A program made the position numbers and the translations under genes. The notes under the pieces are model-generated. The model was not told where the DNA came from. It was given only the letters and a program-made list of their open reading frames with translations, and searched no databases. Positions 21,389-32,990 of a DNA stretch of 64,000 nt are shown piece by piece. The stretch comes from Squalus acanthias (lineage: Eukaryota). Each line of letters begins with the position of its first letter. The stretch's first letter is position 1. The DNA lies in the NCBI GenBank assembly GCA_030390025.1, contig CM059432.1, forward strand, positions 143,842,001 through 143,906,000. The letters run 5' to 3'.

Positions 21389-23351
21389 CCGGTCTCGTCG
21401 CTCCCGACAACAGCCTGTGAAGAAAAGCCCGCGAAAGTGAGTTCAAATACTCACGCACCTCACAGCACCTCCGGTCTCGTCGCTCCCGACAACAGCCTGT
21501 GAAGAAAAGCCCGCGAAAGTGAGTTCAAATACTCACAGCACCTCCGGTCTCGTCGCTCCCGACAACAGCCTGTGAAGAAAAGCCCGCGAAAGTGAGTTCA
21601 AATACTCACAGCACCTCCGGTCTCGTCGCTCCCGACAACAGCCTGTGAAGAAAAGCCCGCGAAAGTGAGTTCAAATACTCACAGCACCTCCGGTCTCGTC
21701 GCTCCCGACAACAGCCTGTGAAGAAAAGCCCGCGAAAGTGAGTTCAAATACTCACAGCACAGCACCTCCGGTCTCGTCGCTCCCGACAACAGCCTGTGAA
21801 GAAAAGCCCGCGAAAGTGAGTTCAAATACTCACAGCACCTCCGGTCTCGTCGCTCCCGACAACAGCCTGTGAAGAAAAGCCCGCGAAAGTGAGTTCAAAT
21901 ACTCACAGCACCTCCGGTCTCGTCGCTCCCGACAACAGCCTGTGAAGAAAAGCCCGCGAAAGTGAGTTCAAATACTCACAGCACCTCCGGTCTCGTCGCT
22001 CCCGACAACAGCCTGTGAAGAAAAGCCCGCGAAAGTGAGTTCAAATACTCACAGCACCTCCGGTCTCGTCGCTCCCGACAACAGCCTGTGAAGAAAAGCC
22101 CGCGAAAGTGAGTTCAAATACTCACAGCACCTCCGGTCTCGTCGCTCCCGACAACAGCCTGTGAAGAAAAGCCCGCGAAAGTGAGTTCAAATACTCACAG
22201 CACCTCCGGTCTCGTCGCTCCCGACAACAGCCTGTGAAGAAAAGCCCGCGAAAGTGAGTTCAAATACTCACAGCACCTCCGGTCTCGTCGCTCCCGACAA
22301 CAGCCTGTGAAGAAAAGCCCGCGAAAGTGAGTTCAAATACTCACAGCACCTCCGGTCTCGTCGCTCCCGACAACAGCCTGTGAAGAAAAGCCCGCGAAAG
22401 TGAGTTCAAATACTCACAGCACCTCCGGTCTCGTCGCTCCCGACAACAGCCTGTGAAGAAAAGCCCGCGAAAGTGAGTTCAAATACTCACAGCACCTCCG
22501 GTCTCGTCGCTCCCGACAACAGCCTGTGAAGAAAAGCCCGCGAAAGTGAGTTCAAATACTCACAGCACCTCCGGTCTCGTCGCTCCCGACAACAGCCTGT
22601 GAAGAAAAGCCCGCGAAAGTGAGTTCAAATACTCACAGCACCTCCGGTCTCGTCGCTCCCGACAACAGCCTGTGAAGAAAAGCCCGCGAAAGTGAGTTCA
22701 AATACTCACAGCACCTCCGGTCTCGTCGCTCCCGACAACAGCCTGTGAAGAAAAGCCCGCGAAAGTGAGTTCAAATACTCACAGCACCTCCGGTCTCGTC
22801 GCTCCCGACAACAGCCTGTGAAGAAAAGCCCGCGAAAGTGAGTTCAAATACTCACAGCACCTCCGGTCTCGTCGCTCCCGACAACAGCCTGTGAAGAAAA
22901 GCCCGCGAAAGTGAGTTCAAATACTCACAGCACCTCCGGTCTCGTCGCTCCCGACAACAGCCTGTGAAGAAAAGCCCGCGAAAGTGAGTTCAAATACTCA
23001 CAGCACCTCCGGTCTCGTCGCTCCCGACAACAGCCTGTGAAGAAAAGCCCGCGAAAGTGAGTTCAAATACTCACAGCACCTCCGGTCTCGTCGCTCCCGA
23101 CAACAGCCTGTGAAGAAAAGCCCGCGAAAGTGAGTTCAAATACTCACAGCACCTCCGGTCTCGTCGCTCCCGACAACAGCCTGTGAAGAAAAGCCCGCGA
23201 AAGTGAGTTCAAATACTCACAGCACCTCACAGCACCTCCGGTCTCGTCGCTCCCGACAACAGCCTGTGAAGAAAAGCCCGCGAAAGTGAGTTCAAATACT
23301 CACAGCACCTCACAGCACCTCCGGTCTCGTCGCTCCCGACAACAGCCTGTG
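21389..23351 (-). repeat. 73-bp tandem monomer array forming the CR1 5' UTR (26 full units plus a partial unit)
   Basis: + strand unit CCGGTCTCGTCGCTCCCGACAACAGCCTGTGAAGAAAAGCCCGCGAAAGTGAGTTCAAATACTCACAGCACCT, period 73 (e.g. 21544, 21617, 21690); four units carry 5-10 bp internal duplications. Confidence 0.97.
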
Positions 23352-23859
23352 TTGCCTCATCCACTTGCAGTTAATGTGTAAGGCTGTTACCTTGTGGCCA
23401 ACCGGGTTTCACTTGGGAACCAAGGTGCACAACATCTGAAAATATAAGGCATTTAAAAAATCCTTTCAATCTCTCGGAACTGTGATTCAAGAAAGCTGCA
23501 ATTCAAGTTGTTTGTTCTTCAGACTATTTTGCACCTTGCGTCACGGACTTTGCAAAAGGAGTAAGGGGAGAAAACTGAAGGCGAAAGGGTCATTGGTGCA
23601 TTTCAAAACTTAAAGAATGTCGTATGAAAGAACTTTCAAAAGATATCTGTAACTCCCAACACTCTCTCTCTCCCTTTCTCACTATCCAGCTATTGTATAT
23701 TAAAATTGTTGAGTTGCAACATTCCATAGAAAGATGCCTTGAATATTCCCATGTCAGGCTCTGTCTATGAGAAAAACCATTGTAAAAGAGTCACCATGTA
23801 CCTGTAAGTAGGCGATTTCCATTTTGTCTGTCACAGTACTGATAGGTGGAAAAGCAAGA

Positions 23860-25025
23860 ATTAATGTTGTATTTACAGCACAGAAGCAAGCCATTCAGAC
23901 CAACAGGTCCATGCCGGTGTATGTGGATATATCAACATATCCTTCTGTTCCTTTCTCCTTCATGTGCTTATCTCGCTTCCCCTTAAATGCATCTATGCTA
24001 TTCACCTGAACTACTCCTTATGGTAATGGTTTCATATTCTAACCACTCTCTGAAAGAAGTTTCTCCTGAATTCCCTATTTGATTTATTAGTGACTGTCTT
24101 CTATTTATGGCTCCTAGTTCTGGTCTCACGTGGAAACATCTCTCTACATCTACCCTATCAAACCCATTCGTAATTTTAAAGACCTCCATCAGGTTACCCC
24201 CTCAGTCTTCTCTTTTCCAGAGAAAAGAGCCCCAGCCTGTTGAATCCTTCCTGATAGGTATAACCTCTCAGTTCTGATATCATTCTAGTAACTCTGTTTT
24301 GCACCTTCACCAGTGTCTTTATATCCTTTTTATAATATGGAGACTGGAACTGTTCACAGTACTCCAAGTGTGGTCTAACCAAGGTTCGGTACAAGTTTAA
24401 CATAACTTCTCTGCTTTTCAATTCTACTCTGCTAGAAATGAACCCCAGTGCTTTGTTTGCTTTTTTATGGAACTTATTAACCTGCGTCGCTACTTTTAGT
24501 GATTTCTGTACCTCAATCCCATTTAGGCACTTATTTTCCAAGGAGTATGTGGCCTCCTTATTCTTCCTTCCAAAATGTATCACCTCACACTTATCTATAT
24601 TGAAGTTTATTTGCCAATTAGACACCCATTCTGCAAGTTTATTAATGTCTTCCTATATTCTGTCGCAGTCCTCCTCTGTATTAACTACACCCCCCAATTT
24701 GGTGTCATCCGCAAATTTTGAAATTGTACATCCGATTCCCGAGTCCAAATCGTTAGTGTAAATGGTGAACAACAGTGGTCCCAGCACCGGTCCTTGTAGA
24801 ACACAACTTCCCACCTTTTGCTAGTCTGAGTAACTACTTTTAACCCCTACTCTCTGTTTTCTGTTTTGTAGCCAGCTTGTTATCCATCCTGTAACTTGTC
24901 CCCTGACTCCACATGTTCTGACCTTAGTCAGGAGTCTACTATGCAGTACCCTTTTTGAAGGCTTTTTCGAAATGCAAATATATTATGTCAACCACATTAC
25001 CCTTCTCTACCCTTTCTGTTACTGT
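23860..25025 (-). mobile_element. Old CR1 LINE 3' portion
   Basis: NWQINFNIDKCEVIHFG..LVRPHLEYC..RLGLFSLEKRRLRG, with frameshifts. Confidence 0.85.
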
Positions 25026-25689
25026 TGTAAACCAAGACCTGTGAGACATCCTGTCCCTTCACACTCTGGCCACCTGGCAGCTCTGCAACAGACTGTTACT
25101 TCCAGCACCTTATATCAGCTAGTCCGAATAAACATCAGCCTCCCCATCCCGACCTCAGAAAAACCTAGCAGAACATTCCTGCAACAGCAGGGGAGCTGCT
25201 ACCCTCTCTTCAATGCAGACCAACCCCTGTCATAATCTCAGGTAGAAACACTTGGGGTCGATTTTAACCCTACCCGCCCGACGGAAACCGGGCAGATGGG
25301 CAGCTAGAAACAAGCAAGTTACTTACTGGCTTGGAAGCCGACCCTTTCACACCATCTCCAATATACAGAGTAATCTCATGCCTGGTAATCAGCACTAGTA
25401 AGAATCAAAACAAAAATATATATGATTTTAAAAAGGTAAGCTTCAACAGATTGAAGGGAAAACAAAAAGAAATTAAATGGTATCACCGACCATGACTTTT
25501 CTTCCCCATAAATCAAAAATCAATTGCAACGTGCCCACAATTTTCCGATCTGCGCAGCGATGTGTGAGGTTAACATAAAATAAAACACCCAGTATGGTTT
25601 TAGAAAAGGTTATGCCAGATGAGCTCCTTTGACTTCTGTGGGAATGTTTAGGGATAAGTAAATGATGGCACTCCATCTGAGCATACAGT

Positions 25690-25905
25690 AGACTTCTGGT
25701 TCTGGTTGTGAGTTCAAATCCCATCATGGTAAATTGTGAAACCGAATTCACTAATCTGATGGCACCAGGGGGAAAAAAAGGACCTTGAAAGCTGCTGTTT
25801 TGTTGTAAAAACTAATGTCCTTCAGGAAAGGGACACTGCCTCCCCTACCCAGTCTGGCCTATGTGTGACCTCAGTCCCACCCTGTGTGGTTGACTCTCAA
25901 TCATC
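25690..25905 (+). mobile_element. Degenerate tRNA-derived head related to 57250-57560
   Basis: GTGAGTTCAAATCCC B box; CTAATGTCCTTCAGG..GTCTGGCCTA..GTGTGGTTGACTCT shared with 57440-57530. Confidence 0.55.
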
Positions 25906-27222
25906 TTCTTCTGAGGCAGTCCCTCGGAACCGAGGATGACTTGCTTCCACATTAAAAATGAGTTCTCAGGTGACTGATGGGTCCGATGCGGGACCTACAG
26001 TCTGTGTCACAGGTGGGGCAGATGGTGGTTGAAGGGGCGGGTGGGTGGGGTGCTTGGGTTGACGTGCGCTCCTTCCGCTGCTTGCGCTTGGCTTCCGCTT
26101 GCTCCCGGCGAAGAGACTCGAGGTGTTCGGCGCCTTCCCGGATGCTTCTCCTCCACTTTGTGCGGTCTTGGGCCAGGGATTCCCAGGTGTCGGTGGGGAT
26201 GCTGCACTTTTTCCAAGGAGGCTTTGAGGGTGTCCTAGAAGCGTTTCCTCTGCCCACGTGGGGCTCTCTTGCCGTGTCGGAGCTCCGAGTAGAGCGCTTG
26301 TTTTGGGTGTCTCGTATCGGGCATGCGGACGATGTGACCCGTCATCGGAGCTGATCGAGCGTGGTCAAAGCTTCGATGCTGGGGATGTTGGCCTGAGCGA
26401 GAACACTGACGCTGGTGCAGCCTATCCTGCCAATGGATTTGCAGGATCTTGCGGAGGCAGCGTTGGTGGTAACTCTCCAGTGCTTTGAGGTGCCTGCTGT
26501 ACATGGTCCATGTCTCTGAGGCATACAGGAGGGCGGGTATCAGTGCTGCTCTGTAGACCATGAGCTTAGTGCCGGGTTTGAGGTCCTGGTCTTCAAACAC
26601 TCTCTTCCTCAGGCGACCGAAGGCTGCACTGGCACACTGAAGGCGGTGTTGGACGTCGTCATTGATGTCTGCCCTTGTTGACAGTAGGCTCCCGAGGTAT
26701 GGAAAGTGGTCCACGTTGTCCAAGGCCTTGTCGTGGATTTTGATAATCGGGGGGCAGTACTGTGTGGCGGGGGCAGGTTGCTAGAGGACTTTTGTCTTAC
26801 TGATGTTTAGTGTAAGGCCTATGCTCTCGTACGCTTCGGTGAAGGTGTTGACGATGGTTTGGAGTTCGACCTCAGAGTGTGCGCAGACGCAAGCGTCATC
26901 TGCATACTGTAATTCGACGACAGAGGATGGGACGACCTTGGATCTGGACTGGAGGCGACGGAGGTTGAACAGTTTCCCGTTTGTTCTGTAAATTAGCTCC
27001 ACTCCAGCAGGGAGCTTACTGAGGGTGAGATGGAGCATTGCAGCAAGGAAGATCGAGAAGAGCGTTGGTGCGATGACACAGCCTTGCTTGACCCCGGTCC
27101 GGACGTGATTTGGGTCTGTGGTGGAACCGTTGGTCAGGATCACGGCTTGCATGTCGTCGTGAAGCAGGCGGAGGATGGTGACAAACTTTTTAGGGCAGCC
27201 GACTTTGAATACACTCGGGACA
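25905..27222 (-). mobile_element. RTE-clade LINE, 5'-truncated
   Basis: GVKQGCVIAPTLFSIF, LQYADD, FPYLGS, C-terminal CPTC..HLRTH; closely similar to 10649-11425. Confidence 0.9.
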
Positions 27223-27824
27223 ACTAGGGTCAGACAATAAATGCCAGTGTTGTTCACATCCCAAGAGCAAATAAATTAGGCTTTCTGTACGTTTTTCACA
27301 AAGTGACTTGTCAAGTATGACATGCAACTTTCGAATTGTTTCACTTTTTAAACCAGGCTTAGGAAAGTGCACAGTTCAGAATTGCAAATCATTTTATAGT
27401 AAAATGGTCACAGAGAGTTGATCTGATGGGGAAAATCATTCTCAAAACAGTGTTGAGTCCCAAAATAGTTTGGCTTGTGGCAATGGTTTTCCTGTTTACC
27501 TTAAGTTACAAGTGAACTCAGGTTAAGTGCAAACAGGCTGACTGCACAGCGCTTTGCTGTCATAGATTTGAGTAGAGTTATTGTTCTAGCAGCTCTGACA
27601 TGGTTTGACAAGGTTGACTGACCGAATACTACAACAATAGCTCCCCCATGTGCTCATGGATGGCATGGGTGATGTTGAGCCTTGAAAGGACTCGCTGCTA
27701 GCCTGCCACTCGTGATTATTAGGTTGTATCATCTGCTGAGGTTCCTTTAACTAAACAACATTTTCTTTGCACAATTCTGGAGACTTTGAAAAAATGTTTC
27801 AAAGGGCTATGGGGAAAGAGCAGG

Positions 27825-28630
27825 AGAGACCAAATGCAGATTGGGTGATCACTTTGCTGAACACCTCCGTTCTGTCTGCAAGCGTGACCCCGAGCTTCTG
27901 GTCGCTTGCCACTTTAATTCTATGCCCCACTTCCACTCTGACCTCGGCCTCCTACACTATTCCAATGAAGCTCAACAGATGCACGAGGAACAGCACCTCA
28001 TCTTTCGATTAAGCACTTTACAACCTTCTAACCTCAACGTTGAGTTCAACAACTTTAGATCACAACCACTGCTCACATTTTCTCAGACAGCAGGTGCTGG
28101 CAATGGTTCTGCTGTAACCATTTACACCTCCTCTGAACCCATCTTTTGTTTCTTTACTTGACCCGTTACCATGCCCTTTTGCCTTGCACCATCATCCCTT
28201 TTGTTATTTAATTACTCGTGCCCTCCACCCTATCACAGACCTTCTCTTTTGTTTTCTCCTCTCTGCGCGCCCCTACTTTTTCCCTGGCTCTGTACTTGCT
28301 TTACCTCTACCCCAAAGGGCTGTGGATGCTGAATCGTTGAGTATATTCAAGGCTGAGCTCGATAGATTTTTGGACTCTAGGGGAATCAAGGGATATGGAG
28401 ATCGGGCGGGAAAGTGGAGTTGAGGTCGAAGATCAGCCAGGATCTTATTGAATGGCGGAGCAGGCTCGAGGGGCCACATGGCCGACTCCTGCTCCTAATT
28501 CTGATGTTCTTAAATCTCTAACTTCTTCCAGTTCTGAGGAAAGGTCATCAACCTGAAATGTAACTCTGTTTCTCTCTCCACAGCAGCGGCCTGGCCTGCT
28601 GAGTGTTTCCAGCATTTTCTGTTTTTATTT
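27825..28630 (+). mobile_element. Penelope-like element 3' part (GIY-YIG remnant plus pLTR), interrupted by a CR1 tail at 28305-28510
   Basis: (G)ETKCRLGDHFAEHLRSV..VACHFNS..EEQHLIFRL..LNVEF; degenerate hammerhead CTGAGGAAAGG..CCTGAAA near 28533. Confidence 0.75.
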
Positions 28631-29009
28631 ATTTATTTTTCTTCCTTGCTCCCTATTTTGTCCAGTCAGCCCATTCCTAACTGGATTGATACTGCCAAAT
28701 TAATTTGGTAGAACCCTCACAGTCAGCACAAAGGAGATTTTTTTTTCACATCAGTGTGGGTTGTAATGTAACCTAGCTGCAAGGTGAAAGAGCAGTGCGC
28801 ATCAACCATGGAGACTGTAACAACAGAGGAAAAGAGCAGGTGATGACAGAAGACAGGTCCAGTTGAAGGGTGAGCCCTGGCACAGGCATGATGAGCTGAA
28901 TGGCCTCCTGAGCTGTGATTTCTATGATTCTACTAATCTAACTTGAACATATAATCTAGGCTGACACTTCAGTGTAGCACTGAGGGAGTGCTGCACTGTC
29001 AGAGCTCAA

Positions 29010-30190
29010 GGGCTGGATTTTGTCTTGGGGTCGGGTTGGGGTCGTGTAATCCGCATTTCGTGTTTCCCCCCCGACTCCAGATTAATGTGGATGAATTATG
29101 CAATTTTCACTTAATTGGGCAATTGAGTTCCAGCATGTGGGAACCCATGAACCAATTAGTGGTTTCAGTCTGAAAGTTGCCTCTGATGATGTCATCATTG
29201 CTGACTGCCTAGTCTCAGAGACTGTTGGTGAGAGAGGACCTGCCTGGCTTGCTTTTGATGTGAGTGGACCTGGATGCAAAATAAACATATAGAAACATAG
29301 AATCTAGGAGCAGGAGAAGGCCATTCGGCCCGTCGAGCCTGCTCCGCCATTCAATACGATCATGGCTGATCATCCAAATCCAGTACCCTGTCCCTGCTTT
29401 AATCCCCACAGTACACATATCCCACCCTACCCCCATAACCCCACGTATTTAATTCCCCCTAACATATCCCATCCTATCCCCATAACCCCACATATTTAAT
29501 CCCCCCTAACACTAAGGGTCAATTTATCATAGCCAAATCAACCTAACCCACACATTTTTGGACTGTGGGAGGAAACCGGAGCACCCGGAGGAAACCCACG
29601 CAGACACGGGGAGAATGTGCAAACTCCACACAGACAGTCACCCGAGGTCAGATTCGAACCCGGGTCTCTGGCGCTGTGAGGCACCAGTGCTAACCACTAT
29701 GCCACCGTGGCATGAGGGGGGGGGGGAAGGAGAGAGAGAGAGAGAATTTTTTTTGCATCCAAGTCCTCTCACAGCAAAGGCCAGGCAGCCTCTGAACATA
29801 TTCAATGCAGCAGCGGCGACTTTCAGACCTAATACTACTACTACCTTCATCACATCTCCGTTGTAATAGTGGACCTGCAGCTGATAGTCAGCTGTCCACT
29901 TGTGCTCCCGCCAGGTTTCACTGGAGTGTTTCACACCAGGCGTACTTCACGTCAGAAAAGGGTTAAACTAGCTAAAACGTTTCAAAATGGCATTACAGAG
30001 CCAATTTAGAGCTTGTTAAGGGCTTTAATGGCCTCTCCCGCCTCTTGGAGGCGGGACGGAGTCGGGAACCCCGCGACTGATTTTGTCAAAATTGCGTGGA
30101 GTCGGGATGGGGTCGGAAACCCCGACCCCGCAAATTTAACCCCCCACACGCCTCCAAACCCGACTCCATGGGTCATTCAAAATCCAGCCC
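29010..30190. mobile_element. Non-autonomous TIR DNA element (Harbinger-like) containing a SINE
   Basis: 13-bp perfect TIR GGGCTGGATTTTG/CAAAATCCAGCCC with further imperfect subterminal similarity; 3-bp flanks CAA/CAT. Confidence 0.6.
29285..29712 (-). mobile_element. HE1-like V-SINE (tRNA head, V domain, CR1-derived tail)
   Basis: A box GGTGGCATAGTGG; B box GGTTCGAATC; V domain GTGGAGTTTGCACATTCTCCCCGTGTCTGCGTGGGTTTCCTCCGG; CR1-like tail. Confidence 0.85.
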
Positions 30191-30827
30191 CATGTTTCTG
30201 GAGGGGGGCTTGAAACCCACAACCTTCTGGCTGACAGGCGAGAGTGCTACATGCTGAGTCACGGCTGTCACTTAAATATCAGGATAGGAAAGATTAGGGT
30301 AGTTTGAGGGAAGATGGGTAAGACCTCATTCTTATTTTGATCATGGGAAACAGCTTCTCCAGTTTCAGCACTTGTTCCTGGTTTGTCTGCTCCTTGTCAT
30401 TTTCTCTGGGCAAACTCTACTTTTCTAACTAAGTCTTTCTGAGCACCATTACAATATTGTTATTTGGTGTTAAATTTACGTTAAAATGTTTAAATAGCCT
30501 TTTTAGGACTGAGTGAATAATCAATCATTCAAGCTGCCAGCAATATACATGACAGTCAAAGGTATTAATATGCAGCTAAGGCTTAGTTTCTCTGAAACAA
30601 AAGGAGCTTAATATCCTAATGTTGATAGAATATACATTACAGTCTGGTAGGCCAGAAGCATTAATAAGCACCTGAAGCTTGGTTTCTGTTCATTCGATTC
30701 AATGTCATTGGTATCAATCTGTTGGTAGCCAGCCAGAACATATTAATTACCTGCTATCGCAGAGCATGCTAAGTGGATTGACATGCTGGGCGGTTTCCTG
30801 GGGTAATGAATAGGTTTGGCAGTTGTA

Positions 30828-31308
30828 AGAACATAAGAACATAAGAAATAGGAGCAGGAGTAGGCCAATCGGCCCCTCGAGCCTGCTCCGCCATTCAATA
30901 AGATCATGGCTGATCTGATCCTCACCTCAAATCTAAAGAACACAAGAAGTAGGAGCAGGACCCGGCCACTCAGCCCCTGGGCCCGCTCTGCCACCCACAG
31001 GGCCTCGACCGATCCAAACTCAGCCTCATGTCCAATTTCCTGCCCGCTCCCCGTAACCCCTAATTCCCTTTACTTCTAGGAAACTGTCTATTTCTGTTTT
31101 AAATTTATTTAATGATGTAGCTTCCACAGCTTCCTGGGGCAGCAAATTCCACAGACCTACTACCCTCTGAGTGAAGAAGTTTCTCCTCATCTCAGTTTTG
31201 AAAGAGCAGCCCCTTATTCTAAGATTATGCCCCCTAGTTCTAGTTTCACCCATCCTTGGGAACATCCTCCCCGCATCCACCCGATCAAGCCCCTTCACAA
31301 TCTTATAT
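30828..31308 (-). mobile_element. CR1 3' fragment with two tandem 3'-terminal modules
   Basis: YKIVKGLDRVDAGRMFP..FFTQRVVGLWN; two AAGAACA.AAGAA.TAGGAGCAGGA blocks at ~30836 and ~30936. Confidence 0.8.
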
Positions 31309-31539
31309 GTAGCGGGGGGCAGTGCCAATAATCCTTTGTGGTGTATGATGCCTCCCACCATCGGTTTGAAATATGAACGATGCTAAAAGGTTGGGTGGAG
31401 GAAGAGCCCCCCCATCCCACCTGATCCAGAAATTGCGATGGTCCAAGAACGGGATGCAAGCCTGGTAGGAATGGGTTCTGCCTCAATTAGCGTTGAGTTC
31501 CTCACTGCCATTACACCCAAAGTGCACCGGAAAAGATGA

Positions 31540-32990
31540 GGAGATTAAGGGCCAGTATATTTACAACCCTTTACTAATCTCCTCAACATGGCAAAACAAC
31601 AAAGACCATTCTCCTGCACTGATCCACCAACATAAAATTGATCCTTGAGATATGGCCCAGACCAAATGCCTGAATAGCTTGCCCAGCAGCTGTCAAAATG
31701 AATACAGCTCTCCACCTTTATGCCACTGGCTCCATTCCAGGTTGCAAACACAAACTTCTGCAACATAACCCAAGGTTCCGGCCAGTTCTGCATTCACCAG
31801 GTCACTGACGCATCTTCAGGAGAGCTGGGGAATTCATCCATTTTGGTATGACTGCAAGGCAGCAGTACGAAAGGACCATTCCGTTCTAACATCCTGCTGG
31901 TTTCTCCAGAGTTCATGGGACAATGGATGTCACCTACACTGCACTGCAGGCTCATGCTGGAGACCCACTGAATTTCCTGAACTAGAAGGGGATTCCACTC
32001 CCTCACTATTCCAATAATCTCTAACCAGCTGCAGTGAATTCTTCATGTCAATGACAAATTTGCAGGGAGTTGTCACACGTGATTTTGTTATGAGACAGTC
32101 CAGCCTCCCAGCTCTATTCAGGGAAGACAGACAAATGTCAGCATGGATTCTGTGTGATAAGGCACACCATCCTCTTGCTTCCATGTCTCATGCCTTTGAG
32201 TGCCATCCTGGCCAGCTGAATATTGCGACAATGAGGCCCATTCATAAGAACATAAGAATTAGGAGCAGCAGTAGGCCATACGGCTCTCGAGCCGGCTCCG
32301 CCATTCAATAAGATCATGGCTGGTCTTCGACCTCAACTCCACTTTCCCGCCCGATCCCCATATCCCTTGATTCCCCATGAGTCCAAAAATCCATCTATCT
32401 CAGCCTTGAATATGCTCAACGATTCAGCATCCACAGCCCTTTGGGATAGAGAATTCCAAAGGTTCACAACTCTCCGAGTGAAGAAATTCCTCCTCATCTC
32501 GGTCTTAAATGGCAGTCCCCTTATCCTGAGACTATGCCCCCTAGTTCTAGACTCTCCAGCCAGGGGAAACAACCTCTCAGCATCTACCCTGTCAATTCCC
32601 CCTCAGAATCTTGTATGTTTCAATGAGTTCACCTCTCATTCTTCTAAACTCCAGAGAGTATAGGCCCAATCATCAACCAGAGTGGTTTCAGAGAGGACTG
32701 TTGAGATCCTGAAGGGAAGGTTGCAGTGACGTGATAGATCAGGAAGGGAACTGCAGTACAATACCAAATGGATATCCTGCATTGTGGTTGCTTGCTGTGC
32801 CCTACACAACTTTGCTATTCAGAAAGGACTGGAAATGCAATTCCTGGAGGAGGAAGATCCAGCTGCTGTCGAGGCTGTGAAACCAGAAATCCAACATCAG
32901 GTGGATCTTGACTTGGAGGAGGCGACCATCCCGGTTGCCAGGCGAATACATAGGTCGATTAATAGTAAAACTTATGCAGCACACTCACCT
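31540..32990 (+). mobile_element. Harbinger/PIF transposase remnant interrupted by a CR1 tail at 32243-32670
   Basis: Decayed motifs FVMRQSSLPALF..WILCDK and TRVVSERTVEILKGR..DRSG.ELQY..IVVACCALHNF, resembling the HARBI1-type DDE C-terminus; left boundary uncertain. Confidence 0.6.
32243..32670 (-). mobile_element. CR1 3' fragment
   Basis: MFPLAGESRTRGHSLRIRG..WNSLS..GYGDRAGKWS. Confidence 0.85.

Larger units (their letters stand above)
16952..23351 (-). mobile_element. Full-length, apparently intact young CR1 LINE
   Basis: Intact ORF1 and ORF2; 3' (TCTATGTA)n octamer tail at 16952-16975; monomeric 5' UTR; possible short AGG duplication or microhomology at both ends. Confidence 0.95.

Noticed and set aside
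21389..23351. CRISPR-like array
   Set aside because: Units are contiguous and identical with no unique spacers, there are no cas genes, and the context is eukaryotic.
29630..29712. tRNA gene
   Set aside because: The tRNA-like A/B boxes are the head of a V-SINE; the same applies at ~13570 and ~57250.
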